Source: Octopus bimaculoides
Taxonomy: Eukaryota
Assembly (NCBI RefSeq): GCF_001194135.2
Contig: NC_068994.1
Coordinates: 58,081,651-58,145,650, forward strand
DNA: 64,000 bases
Direction: 5' to 3'
The notes beneath the pieces were generated by a model. The model saw only the letters and a list, made by a program, of their open reading frames with translations, did not search any database and was not told the DNA's origin. Numbering within the stretch: position 1 is the first letter of the stretch; the number at the start of each line of letters is the position of its first letter. Made by a program: the position numbers and the translations under genes. Of the stretch, positions 39,089 to 53,170 are shown one piece after another.

Positions 39089-40274
39089 CTGCAACAACAA
39101 CAACAACAACAAAAACATAGTTCAGAATTTGTAATCACACACATTGCATCTCTCTTTCTCTCTCATATCTCATCATTGTTTTAATGTCTACCTTTCCCAT
39201 GTTTGCATGGGTCAGACAGAATTTGTTGAGGCAGATTATCTATAATCAGATGCCCTTTTTATCACCAAACCCCAGTTTCCAAAAGCAAGACATGTCTGGT
39301 CACAAGAAAATATCAAATCTGTTCAATTCAAAAGATTGGAAATGGCACTGCTTGTATGGCAGAGACACTTGTTTACAATAATGTCACCCATCACACTATA
39401 AAGATGAGGAAATACACACACACACACACATGTATGTATATAGAATTAATATAAACAGCAGTTTGCAATGTATCACCAAAAAGGAGAATTACAAATGTCA
39501 CTAAATGTGACTAGGGTGTTAGAAACACCTACATTGCTAGAAATAAGAGTTAAAATGCTCTAATAGTATAGTTAAGGCACATGAATGGAAACATGTACAC
39601 TAACAGGGACCATAATCGTCCGAAAAGTGCTGATCGAGAATTCTCAATACTGCTCATGAGGGTTTGGTTGGCTCAGGGCCACAGTAAAAGACACTTGGCC
39701 AAGGTGACATACAGTGGAACTGAACCTAAAATTGCATGGTTGGGAAGCAAACTTTTTCACCTCACAGCCCGGCCTGCGTCTAGGCCTGTGTGTGTGTGTG
39801 TGTGTATGTATTACTAGATACAGTAAAAACCAGACTGATGCTTTGCTGTGATTGTTATTCCAGATGTTCACAATTAAAATGCTATTAAGATTGATCTTAT
39901 TAGCAGACATAGCTAAAAGGTTGGCAAAGTATGTAGCAGTAATGTCTGGACAATCAGCTAGACTCATTCCTTACAAAACATGTCATCTTGTTCCAAAGCT
40001 CTCTCTCTCCCTCGGTCTCTGTACACACACAAACACTGAATACGCAATGGACTTGTATGTGAAGAGGCATATCACTCTAATATGTAACCCAAATACAAAC
40101 ACATACAATCCCTATACCTGTCCACCAGTCTTTCTCTCTATATGCACACACACACACACACACATTGTATAGTGTGTAAGTGTGACACAGGAAAGCTACA
40201 GAGCCACACAAAGATGGAGGAAACTTGCTGTGGTGCAGACGTAGTGCATGGTTTGATAGAAGATGTAAGCTTAC

Positions 40275-40337
40275 CTTTTTCTGCATTTCAATGTTAGCTG
40301 ATTGTAGAGTCTCTTTTTCTTCAAGTAACCGTGGTTC
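40275..40337 (-). CDS. JAKMIP: JAKMIP CC3-region exon (EPRLLEEKETLQSANIEMQKK)
   Basis: Acceptor ctctccatccag, donor gtaagc, 63 nt. It matches the recalled 'WVEEKQVLMRTNQDLLEK'. Confidence 0.88.
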
Positions 40338-41164
40338 CTGGATGGAGAGAGAGAGAGGTAGCACTTGTCAAACAGGAATAAAAAATGATGTTGGTACCAT
40401 ATTCCAAAGCAATTCCTTGTAATCTTGTTATTTAACCCCAGGTCAGAAATGATCTAAGTCGTTCCAACCATGATCAGCAAGCCTTTTATTCAAGTTTTAT
40501 ATAAGACTACTCCAACTTGTGCATTGTGTCCTATGTTTTTTCCTTCTTAAAAATAGTAAGACATGATTTGAGGAAGATTTGTCTGCTATTTCTAGCCAGT
40601 CGAGAGATGTCATTGAGGCTCTCTTGTTGGCTTGTTCTTCAGTGTACCTGAAATACCAGGTGAGATATTGTGGTAGTGTCAAATTTTGTGAAGAGCCGTG
40701 AGTTCTTCTCCAGTGAGTGTCTTTGGATTAGGTATTGCTGTGGGTCAAGTGAGTTTCTCATAAGTCTTTATGACTTGTGTATCTGATTCTTGAGCCAACA
40801 ATTGGGACTTTGAAGGCAGTTGCTTGATCTGTTGCTTCCTAGTGCAACACATCTCAAACTGATTGTCTTTTGCAGAGAAAAAGTGACTCTGGACAACAAT
40901 AGGGGAAGAAGTGTTACGATGAGATCCCAGAATGTTTGACCTCCCAAACGAGAGGATACCAGACCAAAACATCTTTTGGCATGGTTTCTACAGATGAATG
41001 CCCTTCCTAATATGCCAACCACTTTACAGAGTGTACTGGGTGCCTTTTATGTGACACCATCACTTCTAATTTTTACGTAGCACCAGCACCTGTACTTTGG
41101 GCTTCTTTCAGTTTCCATCTATCAAATCCTCTCACAAGGGTTTGGTCAGTCCAATGCTATAGTA

Positions 41165-41334
41165 CAGTGGTTCCCAGCCCTTTTATTTAAATGAGTTTAC
41201 CCACAGACCCCTTTTAATATGCTTATCCTTATGTATGCATATATACATATGAAATTCTGAATTTAGTTCATGGACCCCCAGTACTACCTTTGCGAACCAC
41301 CAGGGATCCGCGGACCCTAGGTTTGGAACCACTG
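41165..41334. mobile_element. hAT-type MITE nested in a family-C SINE
   Basis: Ends CAGTGGTTCCCA / TTGGAACCACTG with an 8-bp TSD ctatagta/ctataata. A related copy lies at about 6617-6772. Confidence 0.8.
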
Positions 41335-41717
41335 CTATAATAGAAGACATGTCCAAAGTGCCACACAGTGGGACTGAACCTGGAATCATGTAGTTGAGAA
41401 GCAAGTTTCTTACTACACAGCCACTCCTGCACCTATATGTAACCATCATTTTGTAGACCTGTCCAACACTGACCATGCCAGAAAAGGAAATCCTTTACTC
41501 CCAAGAAACAACAATTCCCTGAATTTCTTGCAGCCCTTCTTTACCCCAGCTCCTTTTATTCTTTCACTACAGTCAAACCCAGCTTCAATTAGACCCACCC
41601 CTCTTCGGTGTCCGACCAACCTCTACCATTGAGTTTAACTTATGCTAGACATTTTACAACAATGCTACAGCTTGATCAGAACTACAAGAATTCTCAAAGT
41701 GTCAAACCAAAACTTAC

Positions 41718-41801
41718 CAAACCATCTGTTTGTAGTAAAGCTTTCAGTTCTTCAATTTTACACTGAGCTTCGAAGAGATCCGATTCCAGAGTACGACATA
41801 A
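41718..41801 (-). CDS. JAKMIP: JAKMIP CC3-region exon (LCRTLESDLFEAQCKIEELKALLQTDGL)
   Basis: Acceptor ttcttatag, donor gtaagt, 84 nt. It matches the recalled 'EQLQADLLRCQAKIEDLEKLL'. It is not in the ORF track. Confidence 0.9.
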
Positions 41802-42092
41802 CTATAAGAAGTAGAAGAGAGAGAGAGAGAGAGAGAAATAGAATAAACAGTAGGGTATTGACAGAACAGGGATGATTGGGTAGATTCTGTTGAATGGAGA
41901 TGCTGGGGTGGATGTTGTGTTGATGTTAGCATTCACAAACTCAAATGCACACACCCGCACAAGGTACAATGCACCCACACATTCTGCTTGCACGCATACA
42001 CAACAACATGCCCCCCCCCCATACAACACGGTTAATTCAAGAGGTGGGGGGGATAGTGGTATTAGTGACAGGATGGTGATGTTGTGCCTTAC

Positions 42093-42218
42093 CTTCAACT
42101 CTCGTTCTGGGTCCAATGCACTGGAAGTTTGTGTCTGAAGGAGCGTGTAAGACTTCTTCAGTTCTAAGTGTTCACGCATCAATTGACGGTAGCTACGTTC
42201 TATTTCCTCTCGAGCATA
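42093..42218 (-). CDS. JAKMIP: JAKMIP CC3-region exon (YAREEIERSYRQLMREHLELKKSYTLLQTQTSSALDPERELK)
   Basis: Acceptor ctgcag, donor gtaagg, 126 nt. It aligns by eye with the recalled JAKMIP '[35 protein letters not shown]'. Confidence 0.92.
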
Positions 42219-42248
42219 CTGCAGTGGAAGGGATAAAAATATATTAGA

Positions 42249-42291
<43 letters not shown>

Positions 42292-42630
42292 GAGAGAGGG
42301 GTGAGTGGGACGATGGGAAGGTGGCAACAGAGAAAGAAAGGAAGGAAGGGGGAATAGTGAGTAATGATGGAAGAGAAGATATTTTTATGTTTGAGAGTGG
42401 AGCATGTAACATGGGGTTAGATAAAGGGGAGAATCAGTGGTGGGGGAGATGAGAGAAAGAGAGGGGGGCAAGGGTCAGGGAGAGAATGAAGATTCACAAA
42501 TGTGAATGTAGACAGTGTCAACGTGTGTAGACAGTAGAGACATGTGTGTAATGGGAGTAGACAGTGTTGACATGTTTGAAGACGGATACAGTGTGACTGG
42601 GTGATGTAAATAAAAATCAGGGGTCCGTAC

Positions 42631-42744
42631 CTCATCCCAAATATCCAGCTGGTTTTCTTCTGTACCATTGTCCATGGGTAGAGAGGAGACTGATACTTCA
42701 GAGTCAACAGAACAAGCATCATCATCTCCATTGGTGTTGGCACA
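42631..42744 (-). CDS. JAKMIP: JAKMIP-like exon (CANTNGDDDACSVDSEVSVSSLPMDNGTEENQLDIWDE)
   Basis: Acceptor tttcag, donor gtacgg, 114 nt, phase 0. The SVDSE motif matches the recalled JAKMIP 'DEESVDSET'. Confidence 0.85.
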
Positions 42745-43149
42745 CTGAAACACACAGCACACAAAACATATAAGATGGTTGTAACTTGTAATTAAGACTA
42801 GATTACAGAGAGAGAGAGAGAGAGATAGAGAGAAAGAGTGTAGANNNNNNNNNNGTGTGTGTGTGTGTGTGTATATGGTTCATGCAGTTTCGGTTGCTTT
42901 TTCTGAAGAGCTGTAGTGCACCTTAGCATTGTATACAATAAGTTCAATATTATTTTAATTTTAAGCATACTAGTTACAAGTTGGTTTCTACAGTCCCCCC
43001 CAAAACAATACATATTTATTCAATCTGATATATTTGGATATCACCCATATAAAATTAAACTTGTTCTGTTAAGGGTCATAGATTTCACTGACCACAAAAC
43101 AGAAATGAGAATGCATGCAAGAAATCTGATCGTTTTTTTTCTGATGACA

Positions 43150-44890
43150 TTTGATGGGAAAAGCATAATGAAGATTTCTTCAATGTAAGCACAGAAGCCA
43201 TGGATTCTGTGGAATTCCAAACTTAATTGGAATGTATATTCCAGACTTAATTCACAATAGGTTCCGTACTATTATCGGAGGAATTTATAGTGACTTAATC
43301 AAACAATTCAAACATTTTGATGTATAGATTATAGTGAGTAGTGACCTCAAAACAGGCAATTTCTTAGACGTGGCATTCCACCTTATTAATGCAATATTCC
43401 AACCATACATTAAATATAATGATTCAATATAAAATATAGAAACAAGAACGCCAAACCATTGACTGTGTATGCTAAGTAATTTATTCAACAAGCTGAACAA
43501 ACAGAGCAACACAATTTCATATGACAAATATATACAACAATGAACAGGAATCTGGTGTTTTTCTAAGGAACCATTAGATATAGTAAACATAAATGGCACA
43601 ATGCATGGAAACGTTGCAGAAAGTCAATGGGTATTCCACCATTTTTGACAAATGTAAGAAGAATGAGCAGCAAAACCTTTTATCATTTATATATATATAT
43701 AAAAAAAAAAATGACTATTTCTACGCATACAGATATAGGAAAATTTTTAATTATAAATTTACAGAAAAGAAGATATTTGATAATAACTAAATCAATAAAA
43801 CAATTAAGAATTTAAATCGGATCACAACCAGGTGAGAGCAAAATGCAAGTGTCACACTCTTAAGTGGGCCAAACCGTTGGAAACTGCCAGGAAAAATGAG
43901 TTAAGTAAGCAGCCACTGTCATATCCAAATTAACCAAAATGTTATTGAATATATGAGTATGATGAAATAGTTTATGGGTTGCCCTGATCAAGATCATTAC
44001 AAAGAAAATTAGGCACAAAGCTAGCAAGATGTGATTTTCAAAAAAATAACAATGGAGCCTATATCTTAAGTTGGTAGTTCCTAGATAAGGCACCGATTTA
44101 AATGCAACCAAATTTACTGCATTCTTTTGCAACCTGGAAAACCTATCTTGAAACATCAAACCAAAATAGTGAAGAAAATATCCAGAAATAATCTCAGCTT
44201 CACATGTTCAGGTACCAACAGGAGTAACACGAAATTCCAACAGAATAAGCAATTCCGTTTCGTTTCAGTTTTACTTTAGATATTATTTCAAGTCTAATTA
44301 GTAATAATTAGCAATCTCATTTCATTACAAATACTCGCATAGAAATCTCAACGATATCCCTGTAGGGAAATAGGGAAACCCAATTCGAACACAGTTTCTA
44401 TTCATTGTCATCACTTATTTTCTCTTATAATTGTATGAGGGGCTTAATTAGGAATCAGTGAGAGTAATCTCCCTCATTCAATAAATAAACTTAGCAAATG
44501 ACAACTTGCAGGTCCCAGTCAGCATACACAAATAAATAAATAAAATAAATAAATAATATATATATATATACATATATACACATGTACATTAAATTATACA
44601 AAAATATCATATGGATGGGAAAAGCATAATGCAGATTTCTTTGATGTAAGTACTGAAGCAAGCCATGGATTCTGTGGAATTCCAAACGTAATTGGAATGT
44701 ATATTCCAGACTTAATTCGCAATAAGTTCCATGCCATTATCAGAGGAATTTATAGTGACTTAACCAAACTATTCGAAAATTTTCTATGTATAGATTATAG
44801 TGAGTAGTGACCTCAATAAAGACAATTTCTTAGACGTGGCATTCCACCTTATTACTGCAATATTCCAACCAGCAATTAAATATAATGAAG
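43150..44890 (+). mobile_element. Decayed Penelope-like element (RT motifs, possible GIY-YIG tail) with an internal duplication
   Basis: IIVSSDLKTGNFLDVAFHLINAIFQPYIKYND at 43328 and GIYSD upstream. 43152-43422 is repeated at 44614-44889. Confidence 0.65.
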
Positions 44891-46301
44891 AGTGCAGATG
44901 ACATACAAACAGATGCAGCTGCCTAAAAAATTATGAAGAATCAAACACACCAACATAACCAGTCAATGAACAAGAGTACCTCACTATTGAAACACAGTAA
45001 AACAAATAAACAAAAGCATTTATCTATAATTTTATCTTTAAGAAATAACAAGTAGTTGGATTATTAAGCATTATCTGAAGAGACATGATGAAACTAATAG
45101 TAGTAATGCGAGTTGAAAGTATAAGCTTATCTGTGAATTGCAGTGGGTGTGATCGGGCAGCTTGTGTCATGCTTTCATTAGTTGTTTTAGATAGCTGTGT
45201 AGGTGTGAGGAAACACAGACATTCCTGAGTGAAACATCAAGCAACAACTGGAGGGATGAAGGGAGAGCTGTACCAGCAATTGGCCAGAATCCATTTTCAG
45301 TAAACTGGTGAAATATGAAATGAAGTGCCTTGCTCAAGGAGAAAATGTAATGCCCAGCCAAAGGATTGGACCCATGACCATTTGATCATGCTCCACATCC
45401 TACAACTAGGTCACACACACACCTTCATATTTGAAAAAACATTCTGCTAATACACAAACACATGTACATACATTCATATTGAACACTATGTATGGTGAAT
45501 GGAAAAGAGGAAGGAGTGAAGGGTAATTATCTGTATAGGAGAGAGAGAGAGAGAGAGAGAGCTACTGCAGATGGCAACAGTGAGTGGAAGAGTGTTGATG
45601 AGAAAGAGAGAGAGANNNNNNNNNNTATCTGTATAGGAGAGAGAGAGAGAGAGAGAGAGCTACTGCAGATGGCAACAGTGAGTGGAAGAGTGTTGATGAG
45701 AAAGAGAGAGAGAGAGAGGGAGAGAGCTCTATTAATAAACACTGTAATGGTGTCAGGACAGAAAGCTATTGATTACAATACTAAATTCATTAGCCTCATC
45801 AATTAACATCTGTTTTCCAAGCTAGCATGGGCTGAATTGTCTGTTCTGGCATGGTTTCTATGGCTGGATGCCCTTCCCAACGTCAACCACTTTATAAAGT
45901 GTGGAATGAGTGCTTCTTACATGGCACAAGCAGAGCTGCCAAGTAGCTTGCAAGACAAAGACCTCTGGTGTCATTATAAAGGCTTCTGATGTCATTACAA
46001 TTGGTGAGATGACTGTGAAAGGATCTCACAAAGTTGGTGAAAACCCTTTTGGCAAGGGAGTTTGTGGGCTGAGCAATATATTGAAAGAGTGTTTGCATCT
46101 CAGACAACTGCTTTTGAAGATGTAGTCGTGGGTTAAAAAGCCATCCAGTTTGTTGGGGTGGAGCAGACTGAAGATGCACGATGTGTAGAGATATAAAGGT
46201 CATGATAAAGTGAACAGGATATCTAAGATGCAACTTGCCAAAAGACCGAATGAAAGGACTGCAGTGACCTGAAAGTCTGTAGGGAATAAAATGCAACTCA
46301 C

Positions 46302-46373
46302 CTTTTCCAAAGATCTTCGTAATCGCTTCTTCATTTTTCTGTGTTGGATTAATTCAATTCTTCTATCTTTTTC
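46302..46373 (-). CDS. JAKMIP: JAKMIP-like exon (EKDRRIELIQHRKMKKRLRRSLEK)
   Basis: Acceptor ttcttag, donor gtgagt, 72 nt, phase 0. The basic patch sits where JAKMIP has its RxKRxR segment. Confidence 0.85.
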
Positions 46374-47264
46374 CTAAGAAAATAAACAAAAATCAAGAAC
46401 ATTTCAGACTACAACTGTTCCACACAGACATCATACATATAATAGACTTCAGTGGAAATCCTTTTACACTGGAAATCAAATATAGCAACTACTGTAACTA
46501 CTATTATCAATTACTACAACCAAAATATCATTTGTTATTTATTGAAGTTTATAACGAGGTATAAATATTAATGGTATTTTGTGATTTTCATTCATTTCCA
46601 ACAATTTAGCAAGCAGATGGTTGAAACGGGGAGAGTTTAATGTGAAGAGAGGGAGACTATTACAAGGGAGGTAACTAGGGATGTACTTAGAGAGTAAGGT
46701 GCGTGCACACACACACACACACGATGGGCTTCTTTCAGTCTCCGTCTGCTAAATTCACTGACAAGGCTTTGGTCAGCCTGAGGCTATGGTAGAAGACACT
46801 TGCCCAAGAGACCATGAAGTGGGACTGAACCCAGAACCATATGGTTAGGAAGCAAACTTACCACACAGCCACACCTGCACTTGCATATTCTCTTCATCTC
46901 ATGCCTTCTTTTACTTCATTATCAAAATAATTATCGTTAAGGTGGCGAGCTGGCACAATCATTAGCACACCGGGTGAAATGCTTAACGGTATTTCATCTG
47001 CTGCAACGTCCTGAGTTCAAATTCTGCCAAGGTTGACTTCGACTTTAATCCTTTCAGGATCAATAAAATACATACTAGTTATGCACTGGGATTAAAGTAA
47101 TCGACTCTCCCCCTCCCCACAAATTTCAGGCCTTGTGCCTATAGTAGAAATGATTATCATCATCACCATTTTCGTCTAGCAACATCCAAACTGTTTCCAC
47201 ACAAAGATATGGTAAAAAAACAATCAATAAATCAATGTGGATTTTCTCTTAGATTCCTAGACTT

Positions 47265-47301
<37 letters not shown>

Positions 47302-49923
47302 GTATGTGTGTATTGACGAGTATAGATGTGTGTGAGTGAGTGTAGTTCGTGTATGTGTGTGTGTGTGTGTGTGTGCGTGCATGTGTGTGTGTGTGGGATC
47401 ATGACTTATGGAAGTAATTTCATTGGTTCATTGTGATATAAAGAGTCTGACCAGATTTGACCTCTGCTCTCCAACAACAATGTCACCACCACTACCACCA
47501 CCACCACTAACAACAACAACAACAACAACAGTTACAAGAAACATTTCAATGATGAAAAGAGAAAATAAATTGTTGCATATTTATTGAAAATCTGATAACA
47601 AAATATTACATTCAAATTAGACTGTAGGCTGGTGGTGGTGGTGGTGGAGGGGTGTGATTATGGTGCTTGTGATGAAGATAAAAGATAATGATGAAGATGG
47701 TGGTGGTGGTGGTGGTGACAGGGAAGGTGGTAGTGATGGTGATTATGACGATGATGATGAGCATCATCATAATCTCCATCAACACCACCACATTCACCAT
47801 CATTATAAGTGGGTTACCAAGGAAACAAATTGGAGAAAATAAAATAAAATCCAAAATGTTTTTTAAAAAAAGTTATTCAACCATAGACTCTTATTTAGGC
47901 TACAGTAAGTAGTAGTAGTAGTAGTAGTAGTAGTAGCAGCAGCAGCTAATGCCTAGAATTCAAGCCAAAATTGAAGCCAAAATTTCTGCAGGAACTGAAG
48001 AGGGGGAAGAAATATTAAAAAGTCAACAGATAAACACGACCACTTGAACTAATTTTCTCAGCACCCAATTTTGGCACCGAGTTATTCAAGTGGCATCACT
48101 TAGCAAACATGGTTGATATTCCAAGCAACTGGCCACTTCACTGAATCATAATCATTTCAGTTTCCTGAACACTAAATAAACATTGAATATGTCAAACATT
48201 CGCACAAGAATCTAGAACTGAGCATGTGTTACAATTATGAGTCAGAAAATATTCATGAGGGTGTCAGAGTATGGAGGGTGTACGACAAAAAAATCTAGGA
48301 CGAGATGGTTTGTGAGTCAGACAACATTTGGGAAGGATGACAATGGTGTATTAAGAGCAGACTCAGGGTGGATAATAACATCAGGGTGTGAGGGGATAAG
48401 GGTGAGTCTTAATCACTAAATGGTTTGTTATTCAGACAATGTTGGTAAAGGATGGTAACCTAGGGTACAGACATGACTTAGCGAGTTTGAGATATGGGAC
48501 ATAAGGGTGTTGAACTTGGGTGGATGATGTATTACTGAGAGATTATGATGTGAGAGGAAGTTGGGTTATCATTGTAGAAGATAAAGTGAGCTGCTTTGAG
48601 ATATCGTATAACAGCTCAGTTAAGACAAATGGAGGTATATAAGAGGACAAGATGAGCAGAGGTATGAGGTTTGGTCATAAAGTATCTGGACTGTTGCTAT
48701 GGTAACAGAGCTAAAGTACGCAGAGTGAAGCTGCTAGGCTCAAATTGACCTTGAACTCTTTTGTACACAAACACAAAGTTATAAAGTTCTCGCTCATTTC
48801 TGATGTTTATTGCAGTGCTTGGAAGTAAAGTGTGTAGGGTGTGGTCATTTCAAAAACAAGATTGGATTTCAGCTATGCAGGATCTCATTGTGTCAAGGAA
48901 GATGAATATTTTTAGAAAAGAGCCATAAATAGTTCTATATTTAAGAGACGAGGAATTATGACTACATTATTTACATTTGATGAATATTTGTCCTCATCTT
49001 GTTTGTTGTTAACACAGCGTTTCGGCTGATATACTCTCCAGCCTGAAGATCCTGTGTGCCTACAGAGGAATCCCAAAGTAGTAAGATACTGACTCCACCA
49101 AAATAAAATATTATATTCTGTAAAGTGGTTGGTGTTAGGAAGGGCTTCCAACTGCAGGAACCACACCAAAGATAACACTACAGCTTGATGCAGCCCTGTA
49201 GCTCACCAGTTCCCCATCAAACCATCCAACTCATATGTCAGCATGGAAAGCAGACATTAAATGATGATGATGATGATGATGAGGTAGGCTTCCATACAGT
49301 TTGTCTATAAAATTCCTTCCACCAAACATTGGCTGGCATCAGCTGAAGGTGTCACAGAGTGAGGTCAAACTGAGACATTGTTCCCAAGCAGATTCCTTCA
49401 GCAACCATTGAATAGATTATGGTGTAGCAGCCACCTCACAGCAGAGTCTGTTTCCTATAGAATGGTTTTGATAAACAGAATGTGGCAGCAGATAGCAGAA
49501 CAGACACAGACTGTCTAGAAGAGTGATCAAGGTTGTTTACCAAACTTGGTCAAAGGCACAGAAGAATCCTGCTTACATTAACAATCAAACATCTTGTTTT
49601 GGCCTGTCTGATATGTGTATGTGCGTAATTCTGGTTGTGTGTGTAGGTGTGTAAGTGCTTTTGAATGTTTATGTAATTTTGACTGTGTGCATGTGTATGT
49701 GTGTGTGTGTGTGCATAGACATGGATGTGCATTGTGTGTACATGTGTAAACTTGAATGTGTGTGTGTGTAGAGAGAGAGATGGCTGTAGAGCATATCTAG
49801 GTGAATGAGTATGTAGATATGGGTGTAAATAGTGTGTGTATGTGTGTGTGTGTTTAGGCAGATGGTAGATGCTTGTGTGTGTGAATACGTAGATATGGAT
49901 TTAGAGATGTGTATGTAATATAC

Positions 49924-49982
49924 CCAAAGATGCAGAAGGCTGTTCATATGTTTCTGAAGTACGGAATCTTTGTCTTCTGCAT
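49924..49982 (-). CDS. Candidate 59-nt exon (D)AEDKDSVLQKHMNSLLHLW, phase 1 to 0
   Basis: Acceptor ataacatag with an upstream ctcac branch-like motif, donor TGG|gtatat. It complements the 16-nt candidate. Confidence 0.35.
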
Positions 49983-50103
49983 CTATGTTATACAGTGAGT
50001 GTGTGTGTACTTTACTGTGCATCAATACATGTAGGAAGGAAGGAAGGAAGACAACAAGTATTTTTGGTTACAACTACAGTATGTAGAAATATATACGTGT
50101 ATG

Positions 50104-50192
<89 letters not shown>

Positions 50193-51854
50193 TCAAACGT
50201 CCGCAGCTACTACTCCTACTACCACCCCCACCATTACTGATGTACCATTCAGCAATGCATCATTTAAGGCACAAGTGTGAGCATATGTACATGAGACGAC
50301 AAAAAACAGTTATGTGTGTGTGTGTGAGGTAGAGATAACAGTCATGTAGAAGCTACATGTCTTTTGCGTCTAGCTATGTTAACAAACACGGTTAGACACA
50401 CCCACATGGGAATGCACATCCTATATCACACACACACACACACAATGGAAATTCTAAAGCTCAGATGCACACACACACACTCAAATTCAGACAAATAGAA
50501 GGAAGGAGGCCACATCTGTCAAGTAGTCTCTACCTGTTGGTAGGGGTTGGTGATGGAGTGGGGTGGTGGTGGTTTGAATCTATTATCATCCAAAGAAATC
50601 TCAATGCGCAATAATTTCTTACAGAGCTGAACAGTTTCCCAAACAGACACTGCCTCTTCCTCTTCCTTCCCCTCACTGCATTGGTGGTATAAGCACAAAT
50701 GAAGGAGGGAGAGCAGGGGGAGGGGGAAAACGTTCTTGTAAAGTGATACTCCCTTCCCCACCCCACCCCACGACTGGTGGATTTTGTTTTTTTAACCTTT
50801 TATTGTTTACTTGTCTTAGTCATTACACTGTGGCCATACTGAAGCACTGCCTAGAAGAGTTTTTAGTGAAATGAATTGACCACAGTATCTATTTTTTTCA
50901 ATTTGGTACTTGTGCTGACAGTCTCTTTTATTGATGGGATTCTTTCAGTTTCCATCTATCAAATCCACTCACCAAGTCTTTGGTTGGCCAAAGGCTATAG
51001 CAGAAGACACTTGCCCAAGGTGCCACATAATAGTGGGACTGAACTTGGGACCATGTGGTTCGGAAGCAAGCTTCATAACCACACGGCCATGGCTGAGCAA
51101 TGCCAGTGCTGGTGCCACTTAAAAAGCATCCAGTCCGCACTGCAAAGCGGTTGGTGTTTGGAAGGGCATCCAGCTGTAAAAACCAAGCCAAAACTGACCT
51201 CACCTGTGCAGGTGTTACATAAAAAGCACTTGGTCCACTCTACAGGGGGGTTGGTGTTAGGAAGGGCGTCCAGCCATAAAAAACCTTGCCAAACACAGAC
51301 ACAGAAGTCAGGTGCAGTCTTCTGCCTGGTCAGCTCCTGTCAAACCGTCCAACCCATGCCAGCATGGAAGGAGGACATTAAACGATGATGATGATGATGA
51401 TGTTTTCCTTGTGAACGAAGGCAAGCAATTCAGAATGTCTCGCGGACCACAGTGTACCCAGGACTGAGGTTCACTATGGCCCCTGGGGGAGCATCAGGGC
51501 CAATTACAGTGGTTGTATACATACAGTGTCAGAACTAGTTTCAGCCAGATGGACTGGGCTATGTAATGAGTTTGTTGACCTTACAAACAGCGGGGTGTTA
51601 CTGCCTCCAGTTGCTACTTAGAGTGACACCTAGTTTCAGCCAAGTGGACTGAGCTACTTGAGTTAATGAATGTAAATGGCGCTGCAAACAGCACAGAGCT
51701 GTATAATGTGTGCGTGTATGTAGAAGAGTGGTTAATTAATGCAAACTGATTGAGATGTGGTAGAATGAGAGAGAGAGAGAAACGGAGGAAGAGGAAGATA
51801 AAGAGTGCCTCTCACACACACATATATATATACATACACCGCATATTCAAATAC

Positions 51855-51891
<37 letters not shown>

Positions 51892-52377
51892 CATATACAC
51901 ATATACATTAAATATTTTTTATCGTTTTACTGGTTTCAGTCATTAGACTACGACCATGCTGGGGCACCACTTTGAAGAATTTTAGTTGAATGAATCAACC
52001 CCAGTATTTTTTTAAAGCCTGGGACTGATTCTATCTCTTTTGCCGAACTGCTAAGTTACAGGGACGTAAACATACCGACACTGGTTGTCTAGTGGTGGTG
52101 GTGGTGGGAGGGGCGCAAACACAGCGATAGGATGGTCATGGCCCGGAATACCTTTGATTATATGATTTGATCAGTCGGGGTTGAATTGGCTCTCACTAAA
52201 TCCCTTGTTATTTAGCTACTTCTACAGCACCACCACCACCATGTACTGTCAGACCAGTCCCTTATCCTTCCACCTCACTGTCACCACCACCGTCATTGTA
52301 GTAACAAATATACAGAATCAATGTGACAATATCGAACTGATTAAAACACTTAAGCACACACACACACACAGCATTAC

Positions 52378-52393
52378 CGTCAGGTAAAAAAAC
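52378..52393 (-). CDS. Candidate 16-nt microexon VFLPD(D), phase 0 to 1
   Basis: Acceptor ctttgtttacacctcag, donor ACG|gtaatg. Confidence 0.33.
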
Positions 52394-52886
52394 CTGAGGT
52401 GTAAACAAAGCAATAATATTGTAAAGATGTTCAAAGTAGTAGCAGCAGGAGTAGTAGTAGCAGCAGTCAAAACAGTACTGCCATCTTTTCTGGGAAATGA
52501 ATAGCATTTGTGTATACACACACACTCACAAACACCACCACCAGAAGTGTGTATGTGTATATGTATGAGTGCGTGTGTGTATGTTATAGACAAACGCATA
52601 CACACAGAAAAGAAAGAACGTAAATTGTGCCCACTCCACTACACAACAATATTGTAGGGTAGCAAAAGGGGGTATGTTAGGTTCTGCAAGCAGCAGCTCC
52701 TCGTACCCAACTACCCTGACAACATTGAAGAGTAGATGGAGGCAGAGCTGAAGGTATTTCTCCATGGTGGTGGTGGTGGTAATGGTGTGTTTATGGAGAA
52801 GACTGCGATACTGGCCTTACAATCTCCATACCTTCTCACCATAGGCGTGATGTGCATGTGTATACACACATATAGAGAGCTAGATG

Positions 52887-52941
<55 letters not shown>

Positions 52942-53133
52942 TTTGCAGTGAGAAGCAGGAAAATAGAAACGTTGCTAGGGCAACACAAGTGTCCTTAAAT
53001 GTCTAAACTGTTGCTAGGTAACCATAAAGTCCACAGAAATCTGCTGCGTACTTCCTTCCATAATAACCAAGATTTCCCAGACACAGAACATCACAGACAC
53101 CCACCACATTGCCTGTGTTGTGCTATCTATACG

Positions 53134-53170
<37 letters not shown>

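Noticed and set aside
45527-45720. Direct duplication of about 90 bp either side of a 10-N gap
   Set aside because: An identical sequence flanking a placeholder gap is the typical contig-overlap artefact.
50560-50690. EGKEEEEAVSVWETVQL...ISLDD frame as a possible exon
   Set aside because: Weak donor context and purine-rich low complexity. It is not needed for the frame.
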